This document shows, in pieces, positions 36,439 through 46,454 of a stretch of DNA of 64,000 nucleotides. Under the pieces are notes generated by a model that worked only from the letters and a program-made list of their open reading frames with translations, was not told the origin of the DNA and did no database searches. The stretch is from Eubacteriales bacterium. GTDB taxonomy: Bacteria > Bacillota > Clostridia > Oscillospirales > CAG-272. The stretch is taken from assembly GCA_045540335.1 (NCBI GenBank), contig JAZQHC010000037.1, positions 1,104-65,103 on the forward strand, in the 5' to 3' direction. The translations under genes were made by a program, and so were the position numbers. The first letter of the stretch is position 1, and each line of letters opens with the position of its first letter.

Positions 36439-36930
36439 TTATTCTACGGTGTTCGGCGTGGAAATGTTCTTAATTTCTTTAACGGTAACCGTGCAAACCG
36501 ACTGCTTTGAATGAAGCGTTATTTTTGAATTAACGAATAACTTCTCTGTCGAGCATAAAAAGCCGCCGTCGGTATCCCTGCCTGTTACGGTAAACGTACC
36601 CGTTATATCACATTTGCCGTCGATAGCGTTTTTTTCAAGCGAACCGTTTGCCAAACGAACGTACTGTACCGAATCGGAACGGGTGTACCCTTCCATAAGC
36701 ATACCGAATTCCGCACCGTTTTCCAAATAGAATATATCGCCTGCTGTTATTGAAGAGAAAAACTGCTCGTCTGCCTGTTCTATTACGAATGCGATTTCTG
36801 CCGTATCACTGTAAACCGCAGAGGAAAGCGCACCTGCTATGGAGCTTCTGAAAAGTATCCCGATAAAGCATACTAAAACGAATATTATTATCAACAGATC
36901 GCAAAAGTTGAATTTTGCCTTTTGTTTCAT
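36439..36930 (-). CDS. membrane-anchored protein, DUF4330-like
   Basis: N-terminal KFNFCDLLIIIFVLV anchor. Paralogous to the upstream neighbour. Confidence 0.45.
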   Translation of the reverse strand: MKQKAKFNFCDLLIIIFVLVCFIGILFRSSIAGALSSAVYSDTAEIAFVIEQADEQFFSSITAGDIFYLENGAEFGMLMEGYTRSDSVQYVRLANGSLEKNAIDGKCDITGTFTVTGRDTDGGFLCSTEKLFVNSKITLHSKQSVCTVTVKEIKNISTPNTVE

Positions 36931-36946
36931 TTTACTTTCCTTTCTG

Positions 36947-37357
36947 TTATTTCTTCTTGTATTCTATTTCCGTGCATACGCCCTCTGCGCACGCGCTATC
37001 GGAAGAAAAATATATTTTATGCCCTACTGCAACGGGCTGTGTGCCGATTGTAATGCTATCCCTATGGTCGGTTGCCTTTGCAGACAGTGTAAACGTAATA
37101 TCGCACGAATCGGCATTTTCGGATACGGCAACCTCTTTAACGGTGCCTATTTGGTTGCCGTCGCTTCCGTAAAGTGCGATTCCTGCGGTAAATTTATCCG
37201 CTATGAACAACGGGGCGTTTTTGGCTTCTATTTTATATTCGATATCTAACGGTGCCGTTCCTTTTGCAACCGTTACCCCCGCAACGGAGGTGAATATAAA
37301 CACCGTAATGGCAACGATAAGTAAAATATCGAAGGAATTGAATTTGTATTTAATCAT
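36947..37357 (-). CDS. membrane-anchored protein, DUF4330-like
   Basis: N-terminal KFNSFDILLIVAITVF anchor. Tandem paralogue. Confidence 0.45.
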   Translation of the reverse strand: MIKYKFNSFDILLIVAITVFIFTSVAGVTVAKGTAPLDIEYKIEAKNAPLFIADKFTAGIALYGSDGNQIGTVKEVAVSENADSCDITFTLSAKATDHRDSITIGTQPVAVGHKIYFSSDSACAEGVCTEIEYKKK

Positions 37358-37378
37358 TATTTGCCGCCTTTCGATCCG

Positions 37379-39241
37379 TTATACAGCCCATTTCATTTCT
37401 GAAATTAAAACGGCTTCCTCTTTTGCGTAGTTGACCGTTGCTTCGCCAAGACCCATTACGAGAAACATTAAAAGCAATGCATTGCCGTTTATTGCCTCAC
37501 AGCAGTAAAATGCGTGCAATGCCATTGCAAGCACGGAAAACATCGGCGCAATGATATAATACGCAGTTTGTGTGCGCAATACGTTTGAATGCATACCGTA
37601 AAGCCCTGAAAGGCATATTCTGAAATATCTGAACAGTATCGAGATAAACAGTATCAAGCAGGGAATACCGAACATCCTTGCCAAGGAAAGATAAGAAGAA
37701 AGATATACCGTATCAGTTCCTACTGCGCCCGTGCCGCCTATCGGATATGCGGCAATATCTTTAAGTGCGCTTAAATTTGCTTGAGAAGATGCAAAGTCGT
37801 TTGTAAAAACGTTTAATATCATCGTTTTGCTGAATTGCGATATTATTGCAAAAACCGCAACGGTAGGTACTGCGGCTATCACCGCGGTGGCAAAGGTTTT
37901 TTTGCTGTACGTAAGAAGAAGCATATAAACCGTTATAAACGCGGCAATATACCCGCCTAATGAAAGGGTAAAAATAAGGCAAACGGCGCACATCAATATT
38001 ATAACGTACGAGGTATTTTTCTCTCTATCAGTTTTATTTATCATTGCACAAAACAATACAAACGGTATCATTGCGGAAAGATAAACGGCAAATTGCTCTG
38101 CCAACGGGAAAACGGAAGAAACGCCGCTTGTGGCAGAATCAATTACTGTTTGAAAAACGTTTTCCGATATGCAAAGCCTGAAATAAGAATAAAGGCACGC
38201 CGACGTTACCGAAAGCACGCAAGTCATAAAGCAGCGTTTTATCCATTCGAAGGTAGGCATAAGATTTTTTGCTAAAAACAGGCATAGGGTAAACAACGCC
38301 ATTTTTATACCGGTGTAAACGGCGTTGATGCCGCCGGGGGAAACGATTCCGCCCAATAAAAGCAAAATTGCAAAAAGCAATATCCAAAAATCCGAATACG
38401 AAAATTTGAATGTTCTCTTTAGCTGCAAAACCTTAAACATGAAAGAAATAAGCGTTGTAAATGCCGTAAACGCTAAAGTTTTTACTGATACGAACGGGAA
38501 TATCAAAAACAAAAGAACAACGCCCGTTTCAGGCCTTCTTAAAACGCCGATGGTAAGAAAAATCCCGATAATGCAAAAAATTATCGTTTGCGGTGACGTA
38601 ATGAAAACCAAAAGACCGCACGCCATACCAAGTATCAACGCAATGCCCGAGGGGGCGCGCTTTGCCTCTGTTTGATATATTTCGTAATTTCTTGCACCGA
38701 TGATGCTGAAAATAACGAATTTTAAAAATTTATTCTTGTAAATGTAGCTTCCCAAAGACATTTTTTCGCGTAAAAGAGGTATTGCAAACAAAATACAAGC
38801 CCCGCTTATTACGGCTTGATACGCGTTAAACGTTACCGCTTTTGAAAAGTACGGCTTTATACTGCACATTAAAAGTGCGTAAATGCCAAAGGTCAAGATA
38901 AACGTACCTATATCGCGGCATCGGCAGCAAATAAGACTGTTTAAAACCGACCTCGTATGGCGTGCCAAAGGATTTTTACAAAGCACGCCTGCTATTTTTC
39001 TGCGGATGCGAAGCGTTTTTTCCGGATTTGATATTTTACCGATAAAAGCGGCAATAGCGCCGTTGTCGGCTTTGCTTTGTGTTTTATCGTACGAAAACAT
39101 TACGCGTGCAAATGTGCTTGTGCGTGCCTTTTTGCACAAAAAAGCATATAAGGCGTAAAGTAAGGAAAAAACGAAGCCGTCCTTTTGTTTTTTTTGCAAC
39201 TTACGCGGCTTTTTTTCGCGCGGTGTGTGGCTGCTGTTCAT
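37379..39241 (-). CDS. large polytopic membrane protein, O-antigen ligase/polymerase (Wzy_C)-like
   Basis: More than 12 hydrophobic segments, basic N-terminus. The family call is from overall architecture only. Confidence 0.45.
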   Translation of the reverse strand: MNSSHTPREKKPRKLQKKQKDGFVFSLLYALYAFLCKKARTSTFARVMFSYDKTQSKADNGAIAAFIGKISNPEKTLRIRRKIAGVLCKNPLARHTRSVLNSLICCRCRDIGTFILTFGIYALLMCSIKPYFSKAVTFNAYQAVISGACILFAIPLLREKMSLGSYIYKNKFLKFVIFSIIGARNYEIYQTEAKRAPSGIALILGMACGLLVFITSPQTIIFCIIGIFLTIGVLRRPETGVVLLFLIFPFVSVKTLAFTAFTTLISFMFKVLQLKRTFKFSYSDFWILLFAILLLLGGIVSPGGINAVYTGIKMALFTLCLFLAKNLMPTFEWIKRCFMTCVLSVTSACLYSYFRLCISENVFQTVIDSATSGVSSVFPLAEQFAVYLSAMIPFVLFCAMINKTDREKNTSYVIILMCAVCLIFTLSLGGYIAAFITVYMLLLTYSKKTFATAVIAAVPTVAVFAIISQFSKTMILNVFTNDFASSQANLSALKDIAAYPIGGTGAVGTDTVYLSSYLSLARMFGIPCLILFISILFRYFRICLSGLYGMHSNVLRTQTAYYIIAPMFSVLAMALHAFYCCEAINGNALLLMFLVMGLGEATVNYAKEEAVLISEMKWAV

Positions 39242-39249
39242 TTTATATA

Positions 39250-39975
39250 TTACCGTTCCTTTTTTCGGCGTGGCTCATTTTGCTTTTCCGTATCCTTCAA
39301 AAGATCGGGGCGCACGCGCAAGGTTTTTTCGTATGCGGCGTTGTATCTGAATTCTGCAATCTTTGCATGGTTGCCCGATATTAAAACATCGGGTACTTTT
39401 TGCCCGCGAAATTCGTACGGGCGTGTATATTGCGGATATTCAAGCATTCCGCTTGCAAAGCTTTCTTCCTCGTAGCATTCTTTATCCGATAAAACGCCGG
39501 GTATCAATCGGCATACGCAATCTGCCAAAACGCAAGCGGGTAGCTCGCCCCCTGTAAGCACGTAATCACCTATTGATATTTCTTCATCTACTATCTGGTC
39601 GATTATTCTTTCATCAATACCCTCGTAATGGCCGCACAGTATGATAAGATTGTCGTATTGGGCAAGCTCTTTTACCTTTTCGTGATTAAGCGTTTTGCCC
39701 CCCGGCGACATATATATCACGCGTCGTTTTGCATCTTGCGGGATCTGCGCGCATATTGCCTCGAAGCAGTTGTATATCGGCGGGGCTGCCATCAGCATGC
39801 CCATGCCGCCGCCGTACGGGGTATCATCTACGCGGCGATGTTTGTCTTCTGAATAGTCGCGTATGTTGAAAAAATTCATTTCCACAGCACCCGAAGCCCT
39901 TGCCCTGCCGATAATGCTTTCCGACATGAAGGCATCAAGCACTTGTGGAAACAAAGTCATTATATCTATCCTCAT
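39250..39975 (-). CDS. trmD: tRNA (guanine37-N1)-methyltransferase
   Basis: MRIDIMTLFP, DDTPYGGGMGM, CGHYEGIDER and GDYVLTGGE motifs. Confidence 0.93.
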   Translation of the reverse strand: MRIDIMTLFPQVLDAFMSESIIGRARASGAVEMNFFNIRDYSEDKHRRVDDTPYGGGMGMLMAAPPIYNCFEAICAQIPQDAKRRVIYMSPGGKTLNHEKVKELAQYDNLIILCGHYEGIDERIIDQIVDEEISIGDYVLTGGELPACVLADCVCRLIPGVLSDKECYEEESFASGMLEYPQYTRPYEFRGQKVPDVLISGNHAKIAEFRYNAAYEKTLRVRPDLLKDTEKQNEPRRKKER

Positions 39976-40475
39976 TCTATAAGCCCCGGTATTACCTTGA
40001 TATAAACCCCTTCGTTTATATCAACCCTTTTTATAAATTCATCTACGGCAGGTATCATAAATTCGCCATTTTGCGTTTTTACGGTATATACGAAGGATGC
40101 GGGCTTTTCAAGTATATCCGAAACTACCCCCAATTCTTCGCCGCTTTCAACGTTATAAACGGGCAAGCCTACAAGGTCGCTGAGAAAATAACTTCCGTTG
40201 TCTAACGGAATATCCTCGCGCTTTGCGTAAACCGTGCGGCCCTTAAGACGTGCGCCTGCCTCGGGGGAGGATACCCCACAGAACAGAACAACGGCAAACT
40301 TGTTTGCCGGGCGGCAACAAGATATTTTTAATTCCTCGCCGCTTTGTAAATAAAGGCTTTTTAAAGCCATAAAGTCGTCGGGCGAATCACACCAGAATTC
40401 TACCTTCATTTCGCCGCGTATGCCGTGGGTGTTGGTTATTCTGCCGATTTCTATAAATTCGGATAATTTTCTCAT
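39972..40475 (-). CDS. rimM: 16S rRNA processing protein RimM
   Basis: IGRITNTHGIRGEMKV motif plus a PRC-barrel tail. Internal ATG at 40475. Overlaps the trmD start. Confidence 0.85.
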   Translation of the reverse strand: MRKLSEFIEIGRITNTHGIRGEMKVEFWCDSPDDFMALKSLYLQSGEELKISCCRPANKFAVVLFCGVSSPEAGARLKGRTVYAKREDIPLDNGSYFLSDLVGLPVYNVESGEELGVVSDILEKPASFVYTVKTQNGEFMIPAVDEFIKRVDINEGVYIKVIPGLIE

Positions 40476-40730
40476 AAATACCTCTGAAATAACTGTATTC
40501 ATAATAATTATAACACATTTTGCAAGGAAATTCAACAGATAATTTATATTATTTTATTACCAAATCTCGTATTTGTGCGCTATATGCTGTTTTTATTATC
40601 AAAATGACTGTTTTGTATGAATGCCTTGCTTCGAATATAAAGATTTTATGGATTTAACAAGTATTTGTGAGGAAAAAAGCGTTTGAAAAGCAGTACCTAA
40701 AATCCCGTAACGGCGCAAGTGAAAGCAGAA

Positions 40731-41063
40731 TTATAATTTTTTAATCACAGTTATTGGCTTGTTGACCTTTTTTGCGTACTTTACGGTATATTCTGTGCCT
40801 TTTGAATATCCATCCCATACGACCAACACGGCATCTGCCATATCAACCATTTGTTCATTTCTTTATAAAGGTGCTGCTCGGCCGTATAGATCGTAACGAG
40901 GACGAAGTATATGTTTTGATATACGATGCATATCTGCATATTCTTCTGCAAGGGTGTCTATTCCATTTGCCCCGCCGCTTATGATTGTATCTACATTATC
41001 TGAGATATACGGCGAAAGATCAAAGCATTTAATACTGCGAGAACCGACTACCGCTAATTTCAT
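40731..41063 (-). pseudogene. SLOG/DUF2493-family gene interrupted by an in-frame TAA
   Basis: MKLAVVGSR...IISGGANGIDTLAEEYA...YGRAAPL-TAA(40863-65)-RNEQMVDMADAVLVVWDGYSKGT... continues in the same frame to 40731. Confidence 0.6.
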
Positions 41064-41170
41064 AATATAAACCCCCTTTTCTTGTATATACTCATATAAG
41101 TATATACCTAAATAGAGAAATTGTCAACAGGGTATATATCTTATAAAATATATATCGAGGAGGGGTGTTA

Positions 41171-41386
41171 ATGGTAAGACTAACGATAGACAAATACCTT
41201 GATAAGCGCGGCATTACCCGTTACGAGCTGGCAAAAAGAACAGAGGTTAAATTTCAAACGATAGACCGATATTATAAAAACCGTGTCGTTCGCTACGACA
41301 GTTACGTTTTAGACCGTATATGTTCTGCCCTTGGATGCGATCTGTGCGATATTATCCAATACGTTAAAGAAGATGAAAAACAATAA
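41171..41386 (+). CDS. small XRE/Cro-like helix-turn-helix protein
   Basis: ITRYELAKRTEVKFQTIDRYYKN HTH. The ATG at 41171 lies 7 nt after GAGGAGGGG. Confidence 0.7.
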   Translation: MVRLTIDKYLDKRGITRYELAKRTEVKFQTIDRYYKNRVVRYDSYVLDRICSALGCDLCDIIQYVKEDEKQ

Positions 41387-41421
41387 TATTTTTTCTGCCC
41401 GAAGGATATTTATACAAAAAT

Positions 41422-41475
41422 AAAAAACGATGCAAGGTGTTGTGCCGTATCGGCACAGCCGTTGCATCGTTTTTT
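41422..41475. terminator. bidirectional intrinsic terminator
   Basis: AACGATGCAA..TTGCATCGTT outer stem with inner GTGCCG-tat-CGGCAC. A-run and T-run flanks. Confidence 0.7.
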
Positions 41476-41514
41476 GCTGTTATTTAAAGTAAAGTGCTTG
41501 GATTGGAAAAGTAA

Positions 41515-42147
41515 TTATTTTTTTTTGATTCTTTCAAGCTCTTTTTCTTTTCGCCAAAGATAACTGATCCTTACTTCGGTTCCTGATAATATTCGCTTTA
41601 TATTTTCTGTGTGCTTAATGAGTATTATTACCGCTATGGCAAACAGCATAAGCGCACCTATGATATCTTCTGATATTACAATGTAAACGATAGGGAAAAT
41701 AACGGATGCAGTCATCGGAACGAAGCAAATGTAATCTGTTATCAAGGCAATTACAAGCTCTAAGAAAAGAAACACGAAAAATAACTTCCAGTTGTACATA
41801 ATAAGCATTCCGCCGTAGCAAGCCAAGCCCTTTCCGCCTTTAAAGTGCATATAAAACGGAAAAATGTGCCCCAAAATACACGCAACACCGCAAAGCACGG
41901 CAGAGGATTCCACCTCTGCAAACAGATGCCGGCAAACGAATATAGCCAAACACGTTTTGCCTATATCGGTCAACGCACATAAAACGCCGGCAAGCTTGCC
42001 GAAGTTCAAAAGTGCGTTTGAAGCACCTGCATTGCCCGAGCCTATCTTCCGTATATCTACGCCCTTTATCAATCCAAGTATATAAGACGGATTAAAAGTG
42101 CCGACAAGATATCCTATCAAAACGCACAACAAACATTGTATGACCAT
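41515..42147 (-). CDS. plsY: glycerol-3-phosphate acyltransferase PlsY
   Basis: GSGNAGASN and HIFPFYMHFKGGKG motifs. Polytopic. Confidence 0.88.
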   Translation of the reverse strand: MVIQCLLCVLIGYLVGTFNPSYILGLIKGVDIRKIGSGNAGASNALLNFGKLAGVLCALTDIGKTCLAIFVCRHLFAEVESSAVLCGVACILGHIFPFYMHFKGGKGLACYGGMLIMYNWKLFFVFLFLELVIALITDYICFVPMTASVIFPIVYIVISEDIIGALMLFAIAVIILIKHTENIKRILSGTEVRISYLWRKEKELERIKKK

Positions 42148-42324
42148 AAATATCCCTCTTCCCTACATCGAAGTATATAACTTTTTGATTAAAATACGGC
42201 AAAATACCGTATTCTATGTATCGTTGCAAATAATTTCGGCGAAATTGTGAAAATGCCAATAAAAGCACGGCAAAAACAAACGATTACACTTTACACTAAC
42301 AAAGAAACCTCAACCGAAGTTCAA

Positions 42325-43383
42325 TTATGTATCAACTTTTTTTGAATTTTTTTGCACTGGTAAATATACGGAGAATCTGCAGCCATTTTGCGGAAGATTT
42401 TCAAAATCAATGCTTCCGCCGTGTAAGGTCAGTATTTTTTTAACAAGCGCCAATCCAAGACCGTTTCCGTTTTGCTTGTGCGAGCTGTCTGCTTGATAAA
42501 ATTTGTCGAATATGTGCTTTTGTGCCTCTTTTGGAATACCTTGCCCCTCGTCGTCTATAACGAAATTCACGGAATCATCGTTTTTGCGAAGCTCTATGGT
42601 TATTTTGCCGCCGACAGGGCTGAACTTTATTGCGTTGTCGATAAGATTCGTCCATACGTGAAACAGCAGCCCGTCGTTACCTGTGAAGGTTACGTTTTGC
42701 ATTTCAATATCAAAATCTGTTTCTTTTTCCGCCCATTTAGGCTCTAACAGCATAACGGCACGGCGTATTTGCTCGTCTAAACGGAAGGTAGCCGTTTTTG
42801 ATTCTATGGCGGTATTGTCTATTTTTGAAAGCAATAAAATATTGCCCACAAGCTCTGAAAGACGCCGCGTGTTAAACAGGATTTTATCGATATATTCCTT
42901 ACCTGCGGGGCTTAAATTTTCTTCGCTTTGAAGAAGCGTGGCGTAACCTTCAACCGCGCTTACGGGTGTTTTTATCTCGTGTGATACGTTTGAAACGAAG
43001 TCTGTTTTAAGTATTTCCGTGGCGCTTAATTCCCGCGCCATAAGGTTGAAGCTTTCGTATATGTTTTGTATTTCGCGTATCTTGCCCGATTGTTCAAGCG
43101 TGATGTTGAAGTTGCCGCTTGCAACTTGTGTCATTGCCTTGCTTAAACGTCTTATGGGGTACAGTATTTTCTGGTTTACGAATGCTGAAATGAAAAAGCC
43201 CACCGTAAGGCTGATAAGCCACAGCCAAAGCATTGAAGGTGTATCAAGCGCAACGTCTAAAACGTGCGATAATACCGTAGCAATACCAACCGTTGCCGTT
43301 ATTTCGCACATAACGATAATGGTGAACATTATCGTTATATTCAGGCGCGGCTTTTCGTTTTTGTTTTTTTTCTTTCTTCTCAC
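42325..43383 (-). CDS. sensor histidine kinase (2 TM + HAMP + HisKA + HATPase_c)
   Basis: H-box FVSNVSHEIKTP, N-box NLIDNAIKF, G-boxes DDEGQGIP and GNGLGLA. Confidence 0.88.
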   Translation of the reverse strand: MRRKKKNKNEKPRLNITIMFTIIVMCEITATVGIATVLSHVLDVALDTPSMLWLWLISLTVGFFISAFVNQKILYPIRRLSKAMTQVASGNFNITLEQSGKIREIQNIYESFNLMARELSATEILKTDFVSNVSHEIKTPVSAVEGYATLLQSEENLSPAGKEYIDKILFNTRRLSELVGNILLLSKIDNTAIESKTATFRLDEQIRRAVMLLEPKWAEKETDFDIEMQNVTFTGNDGLLFHVWTNLIDNAIKFSPVGGKITIELRKNDDSVNFVIDDEGQGIPKEAQKHIFDKFYQADSSHKQNGNGLGLALVKKILTLHGGSIDFENLPQNGCRFSVYLPVQKNSKKVDT

Positions 43384-44051
43384 AGCTTTACCACCTTATA
43401 ACCAAGACCGCGCATGGTTACTATTTTGAAATCCCCGTTATTCTTGAATTTTTCTCGCAATCTTCCTATATGCACCTCTACGGTGTGCGAATCTGTTTCG
43501 CTGTCGTACCCCCAAATATCGTCCATCAACTGCTGGCGTGTGAATATTTTGCCGGGGTATGAAGCCATTTTATATAACAGCATAAACTCTTTTTGCGGTA
43601 AAATAAGCCGTTCTGTTTCGGTTATTACAGCCAAAGAATCGTATTCCATGGTGGTGTTGCCGATGGTTTGCCTTCTTTCGCTTATCATTTTTGCCCTGCG
43701 TAAAAGCGCGCTTACCCTTAACAGCATTTCGTTTACGTTTATCGGCTTTACCATATAATCGTCGCTGCCTGAAAGAAAGCCCTTTTCCATATCGTCAAAC
43801 GCATCCTTGGCGGTTATCATCAGCACGGGGGTAGAATCATTGCAGGTGCGAAGCATACGCACAAGCTCGTATCCGTCGATAACGGGCATCATAATATCTG
43901 ATATTATAAGGTCAAATTTTTCGCGCTCGATAGCGTCCAACGCCTCTTTACCGTTGGAAACACCCGTTACGGAATATCCGTTTTTTATAAGAACGTGGCC
44001 GAAAAGCTGGCGCAGCTCCCTATCGTCTTCAGCGATCAGTATTTGAAACAT
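43380..44051 (-). CDS. OmpR/PhoB-family response regulator
   Basis: MFQILIAEDD start after AGGAG. DLIISDIMMP receiver, C-terminal winged helix (TVEVHIGRLREK, RGLGYK). Confidence 0.88.
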   Translation of the reverse strand: MFQILIAEDDRELRQLFGHVLIKNGYSVTGVSNGKEALDAIEREKFDLIISDIMMPVIDGYELVRMLRTCNDSTPVLMITAKDAFDDMEKGFLSGSDDYMVKPINVNEMLLRVSALLRRAKMISERRQTIGNTTMEYDSLAVITETERLILPQKEFMLLYKMASYPGKIFTRQQLMDDIWGYDSETDSHTVEVHIGRLREKFKNNGDFKIVTMRGLGYKVVKL

Positions 44052-44311
44052 ATCGCAATACTCCTTATCAGAAATGCTTTTATAATACCGTGTTATATTC
44101 AACACAGCCTCAACCGTACTTCAACATTCGTTGAAAAATATCACCTTTTATGATAGCACAGTTGTAAAAAATATTCAAGGTGGATTTTGCAAATATATCG
44201 TCGGCGACGGCGTTGCGATAATTATCTTTTTTAATTTATTTATTATTTGTTAATTGAATTAAATAGTTGGATGTGATATCATTATAATAATATGTTCAAA
44301 ATGGAGGAGTC

Positions 44312-45208
44312 ATGGCTGAATTTATCAGATCGTTCAACAACGGCATCTACGGTTTTTTAGGGCAATTAAAATCCATGTCGGTGGTAGATTACATAGATAT
44401 TGCAATAGTTGCCGTATTGCTTTACCAGCTTTACAAGTTTATCAGAGGGCGCAGGGCGGGGAAGCTTGCCGCAGGCGTTATGCTTCTCGTTTTGATATTC
44501 ATTATCAGTGAATTTGCAGGTATGAATGCACTTGGATTTTTATTGTCTAATATATTCCAGGTGGGTATAATTTCCGTTATAATACTTTTTCAGCCCGAAA
44601 TACGCTCGGCACTTGAAAAGGTGGGGGCAGAACCCTTCAGGGGTCTGCGTAATATTACCGACCAAAAATCAAACGCAGATATTGCAGTTGCAATAAAGCA
44701 CCTTTGCGACGCCGTGTGCGATATGGCAAAAACGAAAACGGGCGCTTTGCTTGTAATAGAAAGAACCACGAAGCTTGGCGATATAATCAAAACGGGTACG
44801 GTTATAAACGCAAATATCACGTCTTTGCTTGTTAAAAACGTATTTTTCAATAAAGCCCCCCTGCACGACGGTGCGGCAATTATCGTAGGCACGCGCCTTT
44901 ACGCGGCGGGATGCTTTTTACCGCTTTCCGAAAAGGAAGATATAATAGCAGACCTGGGCACAAGACACAGGGCAGCCATTGGAATGAGTGAGAACAGTGA
45001 CGCCATAGTAATAGTGGTAAGCGAAGAAACGGGCACGATTTCAATGGCCTTGAACGGCGAATTACGAAGAAATCTTGATTATAACTCTCTTTCAAATCAA
45101 TTATCCTCGCTTTTGCTTTCCAACACCAAAAAAGCGAAAGACGAGAAAAAGGTAAGCAAAAGTATCTTTAAATTCATAGGCAGAAAGGATGAAGACGATG
45201 GCAATTGA
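44312..45208 (+). CDS. cdaA: diadenylate cyclase CdaA
   Basis: Three N-terminal TM segments. DAC domain motifs GALLVIE, HDGAAII and GTRHRAAIG. Confidence 0.9.
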   Translation: MAEFIRSFNNGIYGFLGQLKSMSVVDYIDIAIVAVLLYQLYKFIRGRRAGKLAAGVMLLVLIFIISEFAGMNALGFLLSNIFQVGIISVIILFQPEIRSALEKVGAEPFRGLRNITDQKSNADIAVAIKHLCDAVCDMAKTKTGALLVIERTTKLGDIIKTGTVINANITSLLVKNVFFNKAPLHDGAAIIVGTRLYAAGCFLPLSEKEDIIADLGTRHRAAIGMSENSDAIVIVVSEETGTISMALNGELRRNLDYNSLSNQLSSLLLSNTKKAKDEKKVSKSIFKFIGRKDEDDGN

Positions 45209-46454
45209 AGAAAACGCAGCCGTTGAAGGCGAGTATAAAGTAAAGCGCAACAAAATTGCAGACCATATTGCAAAGGTTCTTGCCGTGATAACCGCCGTTT
45301 TTATCTGGCTTTACGCTGTGGGTACTGATACGAGAATAGAAGAAAAGGTGTTTACTTCAAACGAAATAGAAATAACGGGTGTTGCAAGCCAGCTTTCCGT
45401 TATATACGGAAACGGCGAAACGGCAGACGTTACGATAGCAGGCAGATACTCTGACGTTAATGCAATGCGAAAAAGCGATATTCATGCATACGTTGATGCA
45501 AGCGGAATCACACAGGCAGGGCAGTATAATTTGCCCGTCAGCGTTAAATTGGATAACGGTATTACCTTGTCAAGCGTTTACCCCGAACAGATAACTGTTT
45601 ATGTTTCCGTAAATCAGAAAAAACAAATACCCATTCAGGTAAAGCCCACCGATTACCAGATACCTGATGGATGTACGCTTTCGGCCGTTGTAAAGGGTGC
45701 AGGCTACATAACGGTTGAAGGGCCGATAGACGTGCTTGAAAATATATCCTACGCCGGCGCGCAGATAGCACCCGGTAAAATATCAGATTCGGTAACGATA
45801 GTTGCACCTGTATCGCTTTACAGCGAGAACGGTACGGTGTTTACAAGCCCGTACGTAACTATGTCGGCAAACGAGGTAACGGTGAAAGCAACCGTTCTTC
45901 TTGAAAAGGAAATACCTATCGTTGTGCAAAGCGCAAACGGATTTTATAACGAACATAATACGGAAATAACGGTAGATCCCCCGTCTATCACGGTAAGGGG
46001 AGATGTATCGTACGTATCTACCCTTAAAGAAATAGTTGCCACCACGGTTGACGAAACGCAGATAACATCAGATACGGTGATCTACGTTGCAATATCCTTG
46101 CCGGAAGGTGTAGAAAACGTAAGCGGATACGAAAGCGCTACCGTAAAGATCAAGCATACGGGTTCTGTTACCAAGGATTTCCTTATCGGCGCTGAAAATA
46201 TTGTGATAAATAATGCTCCCGAGGGTAAGATATATCAGTTAGCAGAGGAATTTCTTACCGTTACCGTAAGAATGGATAAAAATAGCTCTTACTCCGCTTT
46301 TATGACGGCAGAGGATATAAGCGTAACGCTTGATTTTTCCGCGTATTCCGATGCCAACGGCAGATATAACGTACCTGCACAGGTGATTGTAAAAAGCAAC
46401 GGCGATGCCGTTTATAAGGTTGGAAGTTATTATATGCCGGTGGTATTTTCATGA
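45189..46454 (+). CDS. cdaR: CdaA regulator CdaR (YbbR-domain repeats)
   Basis: N-terminal anchor followed by repeated beta-rich modules. Overlaps the cdaA stop. Canonical position. Confidence 0.7.
   Translation: MKTMAIEENAAVEGEYKVKRNKIADHIAKVLAVITAVFIWLYAVGTDTRIEEKVFTSNEIEITGVASQLSVIYGNGETADVTIAGRYSDVNAMRKSDIHAYVDASGITQAGQYNLPVSVKLDNGITLSSVYPEQITVYVSVNQKKQIPIQVKPTDYQIPDGCTLSAVVKGAGYITVEGPIDVLENISYAGAQIAPGKISDSVTIVAPVSLYSENGTVFTSPYVTMSANEVTVKATVLLEKEIPIVVQSANGFYNEHNTEITVDPPSITVRGDVSYVSTLKEIVATTVDETQITSDTVIYVAISLPEGVENVSGYESATVKIKHTGSVTKDFLIGAENIVINNAPEGKIYQLAEEFLTVTVRMDKNSSYSAFMTAEDISVTLDFSAYSDANGRYNVPAQVIVKSNGDAVYKVGSYYMPVVFS

Noticed and set aside
40863-40865. The in-frame stop in the SLOG-like gene might be programmed recoding (selenocysteine or pyrrolysine).
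   Set aside because: The codon is TAA, not TGA or TAG, and no SECIS-like hairpin follows. A nonsense mutation or sequencing error is the simpler explanation.
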